This document shows, one piece after another, positions 50,189-59,783 of a stretch of DNA of 64,000 bases (within the stretch, counting starts at the first letter, position 1; every line of letters starts with the position of its first letter). Position numbers and translations under genes: made by a program. The notes below the pieces were generated by a model that was not told where the DNA came from, made no database searches, and saw nothing but the letters and a program-made list of their open reading frames with translations. This DNA comes from Candidatus Latescibacterota bacterium (GTDB lineage Bacteria > Latescibacterota > UBA2968 > UBA8231), in NCBI GenBank assembly GCA_965200315.1, contig OZ241362.1:64001-128000 (forward strand), in the 5' to 3' direction.

Positions 50189-51757
50189 TCAGCTTGTGCA
50201 TGCTGGAGGACTGCTATAGCAGATCAATACCTCGACGTCGGTCAGCAGCAAGTCGCAGGCGAGTTGGGGATGGCGTTGCAAGAGGACGACCTCTAGGCGA
50301 TGGCAGCCGCGGGCGGCTTGGTCGGTAGTGAGCGCGAAGCTGTGCCAGGCGGCGGCACTGACATCGGCGATGGGTTGGGAGTCGCCGGCGTGGCAATAGC
50401 TGATATCCGGGTCGGCTAAGACCTCGCCATCCCAACAGCAGCGAACCTCGTCGCCAGCGACCCAATTTTGCAGGCGCAGACGCAGAGTGAGGGTCGCCGG
50501 TGGGGCTGCGCTCAAGTCGTCGGCGAGGTCGAGGTCGAAGTGCGGGCCGGTCTCTCGCATGGTTGGGTAGAGGGGAACGGGTAGGGTGCCGCGCAGCCGG
50601 TCGTGCTGGTACGCGCCGCGCCACTCCCCGGTATGCTGGCGGAAGCGGTGGGTCGCGCTGTATAGCTTGTCTTGGCGGCGCAAGGTCTGGGCCGCGCCCA
50701 CTTGGCTTAGTAACTCGCGCTTTGAATCGCGGTCGGCGTGCCAGTTGAACGCGTATATACCGGTCGCGCCTTGGCCGTGATACTGCATAGCCTTGGCTTT
50801 GGTGCGCATGGTGTGGCGGGCCGGTTCGCCTTCGGGGCCGGCGGTCGGGCCGGGGACGCCGCCGTCGAAACCGGGGTAGAGGGCAATATCGTGGTCGGCG
50901 CAGAGGGCGCGGAAGGTGCTGACCTCAATGGCTGGATCGGTAGCGGCGGCACCGGCCGGGATCAGGATATCGACGAGGTTTTCCCGCACCCAAGTTTCCA
51001 CGTCATAGCCAATGCGGTGACAGCCCTCAATGGAGCCGGCGACGCGGGCCGCTAAGTAAAAAGGGCGGCCGCGCTGCTGGGCTAGTTCGTCGGTCAGTTG
51101 CCGCGCCGCCCGCATGAAGTCGGTGAGGACGTAGCGCAGGCGATAGGCATAGTCGGCCGGGAAGTGAAAGGGGTGGCGTTGCCAGTCGAGCTCGACGCCG
51201 TCCCAGGGGTAGTTTTGGCAGACCTCGCGCAAGTGTTGGAAGCGATTTTCGCGCACTTGGGGAATGGCCATATTCCACGACAGGGCAAACCACTCCTCGG
51301 TATCCTCGCCGAGGAGCCATTCGGGATGGTCCCGGCGTAGTTGGGTCAGTTCGACGTGGTGCAGGGTCTTAAGGTCGCTTAGCTGCGCGCCGTTGAAGTG
51401 ATTGTCGTTCATGCGCAGCGAGGCATAGACATGGAGGTCTAACTCGTGGCCGCGGTCAATGACGGCCTGTTGGGGGTCTTCGCCCCGCTCCAACATGCGG
51501 CGGATGTTTTCGGTGTGCGTGTAGCTCGCGGCGCTTTCATAGCGGCGCTGGTGGGTGTCGCCGAGCAGTTCGAGCGCGTCGCTTGGCCAGCGGGTGGCGT
51601 GTTCGCCCACGCACCAAAATAGGGCACCGACTTGGGTGTCTTCGAGAGGGGCGTACGTCTTGTCGAGAAAGGCGTCCATGGACTGAGGAACGGGCGAGTA
51701 GCCGTGCGGCGCGCCGTCCCAGTTGTAGATGATGCCGTAGTCAGGGGGGCGGGACAT
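50189..51757 (-). CDS. GHL10-like TIM-barrel putative glycoside hydrolase
   Basis: YNWDG, SLRMNDNH, HPEW, YPWDGVELDW and GIYAFNW motifs, plus a C-terminal beta domain. Confidence 0.6.
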   Translation of the reverse strand: MSRPPDYGIIYNWDGAPHGYSPVPQSMDAFLDKTYAPLEDTQVGALFWCVGEHATRWPSDALELLGDTHQRRYESAASYTHTENIRRMLERGEDPQQAVIDRGHELDLHVYASLRMNDNHFNGAQLSDLKTLHHVELTQLRRDHPEWLLGEDTEEWFALSWNMAIPQVRENRFQHLREVCQNYPWDGVELDWQRHPFHFPADYAYRLRYVLTDFMRAARQLTDELAQQRGRPFYLAARVAGSIEGCHRIGYDVETWVRENLVDILIPAGAAATDPAIEVSTFRALCADHDIALYPGFDGGVPGPTAGPEGEPARHTMRTKAKAMQYHGQGATGIYAFNWHADRDSKRELLSQVGAAQTLRRQDKLYSATHRFRQHTGEWRGAYQHDRLRGTLPVPLYPTMRETGPHFDLDLADDLSAAPPATLTLRLRLQNWVAGDEVRCCWDGEVLADPDISYCHAGDSQPIADVSAAAWHSFALTTDQAARGCHRLEVVLLQRHPQLACDLLLTDVEVLICYSSPPACTS

Positions 51758-51824
51758 AGGTCTGCTCCTTTGCAAATTGGGGCCAAAGTACGGAGATTGT
51801 CAGAGGAGGGCAACGGAGGCCAGT

Positions 51825-52040
51825 ATGACCAGAAAGTGGATGCTCTGCATGGCGTTGGTCGGTTGCAGCCTGAGCGATCTCCAAGGGCCGACCGATCTGC
51901 CCAAGGATCCATGGGAGCGCACCGAAGAGCAACGGCTGGAAGCGATTGAGGAAAAATGCAGTGGCCCGCCTTGGGAGCGCGGGTGGCTCTGTCCGCGCGG
52001 CGTGGCCGATGCGGATACAATTAAATCTCAAGAGGGCTAA
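51825..52040 (+). CDS. Small putative lipoprotein
   Basis: GGAGG RBS, then MTRKWMLCMALVGC (lipobox LVGC). 71 aa. Confidence 0.5.
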   Translation: MTRKWMLCMALVGCSLSDLQGPTDLPKDPWERTEEQRLEAIEEKCSGPPWERGWLCPRGVADADTIKSQEG

Positions 52041-52052
52041 GGAGTGCTAAGG

Positions 52053-53207
52053 ATGGAAGACAACATACTACAGGCCGTTGATGAGCAACGCCTAGTTGAT
52101 ACAGCCAAAGAGCTGATTGCGGTGCCCAGCCCGACGCTGGACGCTGGCGCGGTGGCTGATGCGTTAGCGTCCATACTGGCGGCCGAGGGATTTGCCGTGG
52201 AGCGGCCCCAAGCCGCTTGGCCGCAAGCACCGGCCGTGGTCACTCGCTTCGACAGTGGCCAGCCTGGGCGGGTGTTGCAATTCGATGGGCACTTGGACAC
52301 GGTGCATCTACCCTTTGTGCCGCCCAAGGTGGCCGATGGTCAGCTCTATGGGTCGGGGGCGTCCGACATGAAGGGCGGGATCGCCGCTTTCGTCGAGGCG
52401 CTCCGGGCGTTACGGGATGCGGGCGCACTGACCAAGGGGGCGGTCTTGCTTACGGCCCACGATCACCATGAAGCACCTTGGGGAGACCGCCGCCAGCTCT
52501 TGGCCTTGATCCGCGAAGGCTTTGTCGGCGACGGGGTATTGCTGCCGGAGTATCTGGGCGATGCGTTGCCGGTCGCCGGGCGCGGGATGGCCGTGTTTAG
52601 CGTAGAGATCGAGCGCGACGGCGCGCCAGTACACGAGGTACTGCGCCCCGACGGGCTGCCAGACGTGATTGCCGCGGGGGCCGAGGTGGTGTTGCGGCTA
52701 AACGCGCTAAACGAACATCTGCGCGAACAGACCGCACCCTACGTCGGCAGCGACACGCTGTTTATCGGCCGGCTCGAAGGTGGCCAGATCTACAATCAGG
52801 TGCCGGTCCAGTGCCGTGTCGAAGGGACGCGCCGCTGGGTAGCGGCTGGCTCGGGGCCAACCGCGCGCCGCGAAATGGAAGACCTGCTCGCCGAGGTGGC
52901 CGAGGCCAGGGGCACCCGCATCCGGCTCGCCGACTGGAACATGCCCGGCGACGCCTTTGCGATAGATCAAAACAGCCCGCTGGTGGGTGCGTTTCAAGCC
53001 GCGCACGAGCAGGTAACAGGAGCACCGCTGCCTTTGGGAGGCAAGCCCTTCATCGACGACGGCAATGTCTTTATGGCGGCCGGGATTGAGGCTCTAACGC
53101 ACGGTCCCTGTGCTACGGGGGCGCACACAACCGACGAGCAGGTGGCGGTGGCCGAGTTGGTGCGGGTGGCGAAGGTGTATGCGTTGACGGCGCAGGCGTT
53201 TTGCTAA
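52053..53207 (+). CDS. M20/DapE/ArgE family metallohydrolase
   Basis: GHLDTV, GSGASDMKGG, DHHE, PE and GAHTTDE motifs. Confidence 0.85.
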   Translation: MEDNILQAVDEQRLVDTAKELIAVPSPTLDAGAVADALASILAAEGFAVERPQAAWPQAPAVVTRFDSGQPGRVLQFDGHLDTVHLPFVPPKVADGQLYGSGASDMKGGIAAFVEALRALRDAGALTKGAVLLTAHDHHEAPWGDRRQLLALIREGFVGDGVLLPEYLGDALPVAGRGMAVFSVEIERDGAPVHEVLRPDGLPDVIAAGAEVVLRLNALNEHLREQTAPYVGSDTLFIGRLEGGQIYNQVPVQCRVEGTRRWVAAGSGPTARREMEDLLAEVAEARGTRIRLADWNMPGDAFAIDQNSPLVGAFQAAHEQVTGAPLPLGGKPFIDDGNVFMAAGIEALTHGPCATGAHTTDEQVAVAELVRVAKVYALTAQAFC

Positions 53208-54487
53208 CCGGCCTCAAGGGCGCGCGCCGCGGCCGTACCGCGCTCCTCATCGACGAAAAAGAGGCAGGCTCCGCCGGCGACGAAGAGGACGACGATCGAC
53301 AAAATCCCCACCCGCGGGCTGCCGCTCAGCACCCCAATCCAGCCCACGAGCACCGGCCCGATGACTGCGGCGAACTTGCCCAGCATGTTGTAAAAGCCGA
53401 AAAACTCCGCGGCCCGGTCGCGGGGAATGAGCCGGGAGTAGAGCGAGCGGCTCAGAGCTTGTACGCCGCCTTGGACTAAGCCGACGGCGACGGCCAAGGC
53501 GTAAAACTCCCAGACAGCATCTAAAAAGTAGCCCCACACTGTTGCCGCCACATAGACGGCAAGCCCGATGAAAATTCCCCGGCGGGTGCCGATCCGCTCG
53601 CCGAGCCAACCAAAGGCAAGCGCCGCGGGGAAGCCCACAAACTGGGTAATGCCCAAAGCGAGGAGCAGGTCGTCGGTAGCAAGGCCCAACGACAGGCCGT
53701 AGTCGATGGCCATGCGGACGATGGTATCGACGCCGTCGATGTACAGCCAATAGCCGATGAGGAAGATAAAGGTGGTGCGTAGCTGCCGAATGTCGCGGCC
53801 GGTCGCGATGAGCTGCCGATAGCCGGCCGAGACCGCACTCCAGCCGCGGCGGACGCGCATGGGCGGCGATTCCTCGACCCACAAAAACAGCGGCAGCGAA
53901 AAGCCGGCCCACCATACGGCGACCAGCAAAAAGCACACGCGCACCGCCTCGCTGGCATCGGCCAATCCGAAGGTCGTGGGGTGGAGGACCACCACCACAT
54001 TGAGCGCAAAGAGCAAGCCGCCGCCCAGATAGCCGAGGCTGTAGCCGAGTGCCGAGATCGAGTCCGACTTGTCGCGCTCAGCCACTTCCACGAGGAGCGC
54101 ATCGTAAAAGGTGTTGCCCCCGGAGAAGCCGATGGCGGCCAAGACGTAGACCCCCACCGCCAACTCCCACGCGCCTTGGGCGACCCAGTACAGGCACCCG
54201 GTGGCGAGGACGCCCAAGAAGGCGAAGGCAAACAGGAACTTGCGCCGGGTGCCGCCTTGGTCGGCAATAGCCCCCAAGAAGGGCGCTAGCAGTACGACGA
54301 TCAGGCTGCTGAGCGAGTTGGCCAGCCCCAGTTGGAAGGTGCTCTCGGTGACATCGCTGCCGGCGCTCCAGTAGGACTTAAAAAATACCGGGAAGAAGGC
54401 GGCAATGACTGTGGTGGCAAAGGCCGAGTTGGCCCAGTCATACAAGGCCCAGGCGAGGATTGGTTTCTTGGCGTTGGTCGCCGGCAT
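53204..54487 (-). CDS. MFS transporter (UMF1/ATG22-like)
   Basis: WALYDWANSAF, GYLGGG and QALSRSLY...FFGFY motifs. Confidence 0.9.
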   Translation of the reverse strand: MPATNAKKPILAWALYDWANSAFATTVIAAFFPVFFKSYWSAGSDVTESTFQLGLANSLSSLIVVLLAPFLGAIADQGGTRRKFLFAFAFLGVLATGCLYWVAQGAWELAVGVYVLAAIGFSGGNTFYDALLVEVAERDKSDSISALGYSLGYLGGGLLFALNVVVVLHPTTFGLADASEAVRVCFLLVAVWWAGFSLPLFLWVEESPPMRVRRGWSAVSAGYRQLIATGRDIRQLRTTFIFLIGYWLYIDGVDTIVRMAIDYGLSLGLATDDLLLALGITQFVGFPAALAFGWLGERIGTRRGIFIGLAVYVAATVWGYFLDAVWEFYALAVAVGLVQGGVQALSRSLYSRLIPRDRAAEFFGFYNMLGKFAAVIGPVLVGWIGVLSGSPRVGILSIVVLFVAGGACLFFVDEERGTAAARALEAG

Positions 54488-54649
54488 AATACACACTCCC
54501 ATTCCGCGTGGGGTGCAGTGGGTGTTGGCTAGTTAGTCTCTGAGTGCGTCGATACGCTAAGCGACATATCGCGTATAGGCAAGAGAGCTAGTTGCCGCTA
54601 GGGGCCCTTATGGATAGTGTAGGGAGACCGCTACAAAGGACTATTGCTT

Positions 54650-55693
54650 ATGAACGACGAATGGCTGCGTTTTGACGCAGCGACCAATCCGTATGGACCG
54701 TCGCCCAAGGTGCGGGAGGCGATAGCCGCCTTTGCTCGCACCGGCGACTTTAGTCGCTATAGCGATGAGGAGCGCGCCGAGTCGTTGCGCGCGGACTTGG
54801 CGGCGCATTGGGGGCTTTCGGCCGATCACTTCATAGTGTACAACGGGTCTGGAGAAGCGGTAGTCTGGCTTTTTTTGGCGCATTTGCTGCTAAAGCAACA
54901 GTGCTTGCTCGTTCCGTCTCCGTCGTACGAACGCTTTGTGGCGTTGGGGCAGCGGTGCGCGACCGAAGTGATTGCGGTGCCGCTGCACGAGGAAGACTTT
55001 GCGCTGGTGCCCGAGCGCTTTATCGAGGCCAGTAGGCAGTCGGGGGCGCGGGTGTTGCTGCTGAGCAACCCCAACAACCCCACGGGCAATCTCCTGTGCG
55101 ACGAGCCGGCAATGGCGCATTTGCTCGACGGGTTGCCCAACGGTCTGTGCATTGTCGATGAAGCGTATGCCGACTATGCCGGCCACAGCTTTGTCCCTTG
55201 GGTGCAAGAGCGAGAAAACTTGGTGGTGCTGCGGACCTTTTCCAAAGCCTACGGCATGGCTGGTTTGCGGATCGGCTACGCCATTGGGCCACCCCCCGTT
55301 ATCGCCGCCTTGGGTCAGATGCAGGTTCCTTGGGCGGTCAATGCGCTGTCGCTGGCAGCGGCGCAGACGGCGCTGGCCGACCAAGGCTATTTGCACAAAG
55401 TCGTCGCCCAGATCCGCAGCGATTGCCAAGTGCTCTACGAGGGGCTGAACGAGCGGCCGTGGTTGCGGGCCTATCCGAGCGCGGCGAACTTCTTTTGGGT
55501 GCGCTGCGAGGGGATCGGCCCCAAGCGGCTGTGGGCGGGCTTGGAAAAGCGGCGGATTCGCGCCCGCTGGCGGCAAGACGCGCCCGGCTTTGTGCGGCTT
55601 ACCGCGCTGCGCCCGCAAGACAACGAGCATTTGTTGGCCGCGCTCGATGCGATCGGGCAAGGAGATTGCTATGGAATACCGCAATTTGGGTAA
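54650..55693 (+). CDS. PLP-dependent aminotransferase class I/II (HisC-like)
   Basis: NPYG, NGSGE, SNPNNPTG, DEAY and RTFSKAYGMAGLRIGY motifs. Confidence 0.88.
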   Translation: MNDEWLRFDAATNPYGPSPKVREAIAAFARTGDFSRYSDEERAESLRADLAAHWGLSADHFIVYNGSGEAVVWLFLAHLLLKQQCLLVPSPSYERFVALGQRCATEVIAVPLHEEDFALVPERFIEASRQSGARVLLLSNPNNPTGNLLCDEPAMAHLLDGLPNGLCIVDEAYADYAGHSFVPWVQERENLVVLRTFSKAYGMAGLRIGYAIGPPPVIAALGQMQVPWAVNALSLAAAQTALADQGYLHKVVAQIRSDCQVLYEGLNERPWLRAYPSAANFFWVRCEGIGPKRLWAGLEKRRIRARWRQDAPGFVRLTALRPQDNEHLLAALDAIGQGDCYGIPQFG

Positions 55694-56651
55694 GGCTGGC
55701 GTCAAGGTGTCCAAGGTGTGCTTGGGGACGGCGTTTCGCGGCCAAGAGGACGAGAGTACCTGCATTGAGGTGGTGCAGCGGGCGATGGACTTAGGCTGCA
55801 ATTTCATCGATACGGCCCTGTATGGTGGGGGACGCTCCGAACAAGTGGTGGGCAAGGCCATCAAGGGGCGGCGCGAGGAAGTGGTGCTGACGACCAAAAT
55901 TTTTGGCACCTTGGGCCATAGCCCCAACCACGTGGGGCTGTCGCGGGTCAATCTGCTGCGGGGCATTGAGGCCTCGCTACAGAGGCTACAGACCGATTAC
56001 GTCGATCTGTATTTGCTGCACTCCCTTGATCCGGTCACACCGCTGGAGGAGACTTTAGGGGCCCTCGACGACATGGTGCGGCAGGGCAAGGTGCGCTACG
56101 TGGGGTGCTCTAATTTTCCGCCGTGGAAGATCGTCGAAGCCCTGTGGATTGCGCAGCGCGAGAGGCTGGCTTCTTTTGCCTGTATCCAGAATCAGTACAA
56201 CCTGCTCAACCGCTGGGAAATGGAGCCCGAGCTGATGCCCCTCTGCCGTCAATTCGGCTTGGGCATTATGACCTACAGCCCGCTGGCCATCGGCCTGCTC
56301 TCCGGCCGCTTCCGCCGCGGGCAAGCACCGCCGCCGGGTACGCCGTGGAGCGCGAGCGAGCTGCGCGGCATGAGTCCGGGCAAATACAATTTTGCCGAGG
56401 CCATGACCGAGCGGGTCGATACCATCGTCCAGACGCTGAGCGATATTGGGGCGCAGCACGGCAAGACCCCGGCGCAGGTGGCGATTGCTTGGATCTTAGA
56501 TCACGACGAGATCAGTGCCCCCATTTTGGGGGCCGACGAGCCGGCGCACGTCGAAGAGATCTTCGCGGGCTTGGATTGGGCCTTGGCACCGGCAGAGCGG
56601 GCTTTGCTGGACGAGGTCTCGGCCGTGCAGGGGCCACAGAAATACGCCTGA
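55671..56651 (+). CDS. Aldo/keto reductase
   Basis: MEYRNLG...CLGT, DTA.Y, SLQRLQTDYVDLY, GKVRYVGCSN and YSPL motifs. Confidence 0.92.
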   Translation: MEYRNLGKAGVKVSKVCLGTAFRGQEDESTCIEVVQRAMDLGCNFIDTALYGGGRSEQVVGKAIKGRREEVVLTTKIFGTLGHSPNHVGLSRVNLLRGIEASLQRLQTDYVDLYLLHSLDPVTPLEETLGALDDMVRQGKVRYVGCSNFPPWKIVEALWIAQRERLASFACIQNQYNLLNRWEMEPELMPLCRQFGLGIMTYSPLAIGLLSGRFRRGQAPPPGTPWSASELRGMSPGKYNFAEAMTERVDTIVQTLSDIGAQHGKTPAQVAIAWILDHDEISAPILGADEPAHVEEIFAGLDWALAPAERALLDEVSAVQGPQKYA

Positions 56652-56662
56652 AGGAGGTGTGC

Positions 56663-58210
56663 ATGGGCAAACATTTACTCCCCATTGGAATTCAGACGTT
56701 CCGCAAGATGCGGGAAGGGGACTGCTACTACGTGGATAAGACGGCTTATATCGGTCGCCTGCTCGACGAGGGTACGCACTATTTTCTGTCGCGCCCCCGG
56801 CGCTTTGGCAAGAGCCTGTTCTTGGACACGCTCAAGGAAGTATTCGAGGGCAACGAGCCGCTGTTTGCCGGGCTTGCCATCCACGACCGCTGGGATTGGT
56901 CGGTGCGCCATCCGGTGCTGCGGCTCGACTTCAGCAGCGGCAACTACCAAGGGCCGGACGATTTGCGGAAGGAAGTGGCGGCGCAACTAAACACCTTGGA
57001 GGACGAAGCGGAAGTCGTTCCGCGCGCCGATGAAGCACCCGCCCGCTTCCGCCACTTGATGAGGGTACTGCACGAGCGCGGCGGTCAGCGCGTTGCAGTG
57101 CTGATCGACGAATACGACAAGCCGATTCTCGACGCGCTGGAAGTGCCTGAGGTTGCCCGCGCCAACCGCGACTTTCTGCGCGGCTTGTATTCGACCGTGA
57201 AATTTGCCGACGCCCACATCCACTTCACGTTCATCACCGGTGTGAGCAAATTCTCCAAGGTCAGCCTGTTTTCCGGCCTCAACAACCTCAAGGACATTAC
57301 CCTAGACGCTCGCTACTCGGCTATCTGCGGCTACACCGAGGCCGACTTGGATACCGTGTTCGCGCCGGAACTGCCCGGCTTGGACCGGGATCAGATCCGC
57401 GACTGGTACAACGGCTACCGTTGGCGGGGCGACGAGAGAGTGTACAACCCCTTCGACATCCTGCTACTGTTCGACAGCCGCGAGTTCAAAGCCTATTGGT
57501 TTGAGACCGGGACGCCGACGTTCTTGGTCGAAACGCTGTGCAAACGCCGCGTCAGTTCCCTTGAACTCGGTGAAATGATCGGCAGCGACGCCCTGCTATC
57601 GACCTTTGATGTGGACGACATCGCGACCGAGGCTTTGCTGTTCCAGACCGGCTACCTGACGATCACAGACGCCGAGGATCTGGGCGGCAAGGTGGTCTAT
57701 CGCTTGGGCTATCCCAACCGCGAGGTGCGCCAGAGCCTCAACGAGAGCCTGCTGCGTTACTTGGTGAAAGACTCGACGCGGCAGATGGCCAACAGCGTGC
57801 AACTCTACCGGCTGCTGGAGGCCAACGCCTTCGCTGCGTTGGAGACGCTGTTCCACGCCTTCTTTGCCAGCATTCCCTACGAGTGGTACACCAACAACGA
57901 CATCGCCGGTTACGAGGGCTACTATGCGAGCGTGTTTTACTCCTATTTCGCGGGGCTAGGGCTGGACATCACAGTGGAGGATAGCAGCAGTCACGGCCGC
58001 TTGGACATGGCGGTTTTGTTCAACGGCCACGTCTATCTGTTCGAGTTCAAGGTGGTCGAGCTGGCGTCGGCGGGTGCGGCGCTAGGGCAGTTGAAGGCGC
58101 GTCGGTATGCGGATAAGTATCGCGCCTTGGGGCAGCCTATTCACCTAATCGCCGTGGAGTTTAGCAAGAATGAGCGCAACATCGCGGCGTTTGACGTGGA
58201 ACGCGCCTGA
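56663..58210 (+). CDS. AAA-ATPase-like + PD-(D/E)xK nuclease protein
   Basis: LPIGIQTF...YVDKT, SRPRRFGKS, IDEYDKP, WFETGTP, EGYY and GRLDM...FEFK..Q...Y. RBS AAGGAGG before ATG 56663. Confidence 0.92.
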   Translation: MGKHLLPIGIQTFRKMREGDCYYVDKTAYIGRLLDEGTHYFLSRPRRFGKSLFLDTLKEVFEGNEPLFAGLAIHDRWDWSVRHPVLRLDFSSGNYQGPDDLRKEVAAQLNTLEDEAEVVPRADEAPARFRHLMRVLHERGGQRVAVLIDEYDKPILDALEVPEVARANRDFLRGLYSTVKFADAHIHFTFITGVSKFSKVSLFSGLNNLKDITLDARYSAICGYTEADLDTVFAPELPGLDRDQIRDWYNGYRWRGDERVYNPFDILLLFDSREFKAYWFETGTPTFLVETLCKRRVSSLELGEMIGSDALLSTFDVDDIATEALLFQTGYLTITDAEDLGGKVVYRLGYPNREVRQSLNESLLRYLVKDSTRQMANSVQLYRLLEANAFAALETLFHAFFASIPYEWYTNNDIAGYEGYYASVFYSYFAGLGLDITVEDSSSHGRLDMAVLFNGHVYLFEFKVVELASAGAALGQLKARRYADKYRALGQPIHLIAVEFSKNERNIAAFDVERA

Positions 58211-58223
58211 TAAACGAGGATAG

Positions 58224-59165
58224 ATGCTGGACGAACTGTGCAAAATCCGCTATGCCCGCTTCCGCTTGGAGATGACGGCGGTCGGGCGCTTGCGGTTGCC
58301 CCCATACAAGGGTTCGACCTTTCGGGGGGCCTTTGGCCATACCTTCAAGCGGCTGGTTTGCGTCAAGCGGGATCTGGACTGCGCGACCTGCCTGATCTGC
58401 GACCAGTGCGTGTATTACTACGTTTTTGAGACTCCGTTCAGTGGCGCGGGCGACCGCCGGGGATATGCTTTGGCACCGCATCCTTTTGTGATTGAACCGC
58501 CCGAGGAGACGCGGGAAATCTACGAGCCGGGGGCCGAGCTGCGGGTCGGCCTAGTCTTGGTGGGACGCGCCTTAGACTACCTGCCGTACTTTATCTACGC
58601 CTTTGAGGAAGTGGGACGCCGAGGGTTGGGAGCCGGGCGCGGCCAAGCTGCTTTGCAGCGGGTGGTGGCCCTTGGGCGTGAGCCTAGCGACGATAGGTGC
58701 ATCTATCAGGCGGGGGCAGGACAACTCGCGTCGGACTATCCGGTCGGCGTGGGTGCGCCCGACGTGGCGGTTGGAACGCGGCTGCGGCTGCGCTTGTGTA
58801 CGCCGGTCCGTCTCAAGGCCGAGGGGCACTATATTCGTCGGCTCGACTTTCCCCTGCTGGTGCGGGCCTTGTTGCGGCGCGTTTCGGATTTGGCCCGCTT
58901 CCACTGCGGGGCCGAATTGGACTTGGACTACCGGCAGTGGATTGAGTGCGCCGCCGAGGTGCAACAGGTGGCGGCTGGGGTGCGCTGGCACGACTGGGAG
59001 CGGTATTCACAGCGGCAGGAACAGAAAATGAAATTGGGCGGGCTGGTCGGCGATGTGGAGTTTGCTGGCAAGTGGGGTCCGTTTTTGCCGCTGTTGCGGC
59101 TGGGCGCACATTTGCACGTGGGCAAGGGCACGAGTTTTGGGTTGGGACGCTACGAAATTTTGTGA
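58224..59165 (+). CDS. cas6: CRISPR pre-crRNA processing endoribonuclease Cas6
   Basis: GSTFRGAFG, Cys cluster (C..C..C..C), PHPFV, RYSQRQ...GG and C-terminal HVGKGTSFGLG glycine-rich loop. Confidence 0.92.
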   Translation: MLDELCKIRYARFRLEMTAVGRLRLPPYKGSTFRGAFGHTFKRLVCVKRDLDCATCLICDQCVYYYVFETPFSGAGDRRGYALAPHPFVIEPPEETREIYEPGAELRVGLVLVGRALDYLPYFIYAFEEVGRRGLGAGRGQAALQRVVALGREPSDDRCIYQAGAGQLASDYPVGVGAPDVAVGTRLRLRLCTPVRLKAEGHYIRRLDFPLLVRALLRRVSDLARFHCGAELDLDYRQWIECAAEVQQVAAGVRWHDWERYSQRQEQKMKLGGLVGDVEFAGKWGPFLPLLRLGAHLHVGKGTSFGLGRYEIL

Positions 59166-59177
59166 AGGAGATGGTCT

Positions 59178-59714
59178 GTGGTATCCAAAGAAGCGTTAGT
59201 CATCGGTGCCTTGCTATACGATATAGGCAAGTTTGAATTCAGAACCGAGAATCGGCGGGAGCACCACACCACATACGGGGACTTTTTTGTCGATGAGTAT
59301 TTGCGTCGGTTCCGCTGTATGCAGCCGATTTTGGCAGATATCCGGCGGCTGGTCGCACACCACCACGAAAGGGAGTTGGGCGACCCCTTTCTGCGGCAAG
59401 CCGATCATCTGGCAGCAGCCGACCGGCAGGTGGATGGTAACCCCGAAACTTTGCGGGCACTGGTGAGTATTCTGGCCGCCGTGCAGATTGGCAAAGGCGA
59501 TCCGCCCCAGGAAAAGGACGTGCATCGGTACGTGCCGGGGCCGGTGGATTTTGCCGATCCTTTTCCCGAATGCGTACCGGGCGTCGCGGTTGCCGCATGG
59601 CAGCCCAACCGGGAACAGGTGCGGGACGAGCACACCCACGCTTGGGAGCAGTTTTGTGCTATGAAGGTCAGGAAGGTGGACGCCCAAGGCAAGATAACGC
59701 AGGTGGCTCCTTGA
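59178..59714 (+). pseudogene. cas10: Truncated Cas10/Csm1 (HD-domain stub) with an unrelated short tail
   Basis: GALLYDIGKF (normally LLHDIGK), H...G, HHH, ADHLAAADR and LVSI. Only 178 aa, with no Palm/GGDD. Confidence 0.75.
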
Positions 59715-59783
59715 GCGGCTATCATCACCATTGAACGCACCAAGCGCAGGGGTAAATTTTTCCACCTCAACGTAAGGAGATAC

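Noticed and set aside
56123-56662. N-terminal extension of the 695-aa ATPase/nuclease ORF
   Set aside because: It overlaps the aldo/keto reductase and is low-complexity. The RBS and family N-terminus point to ATG 56663.
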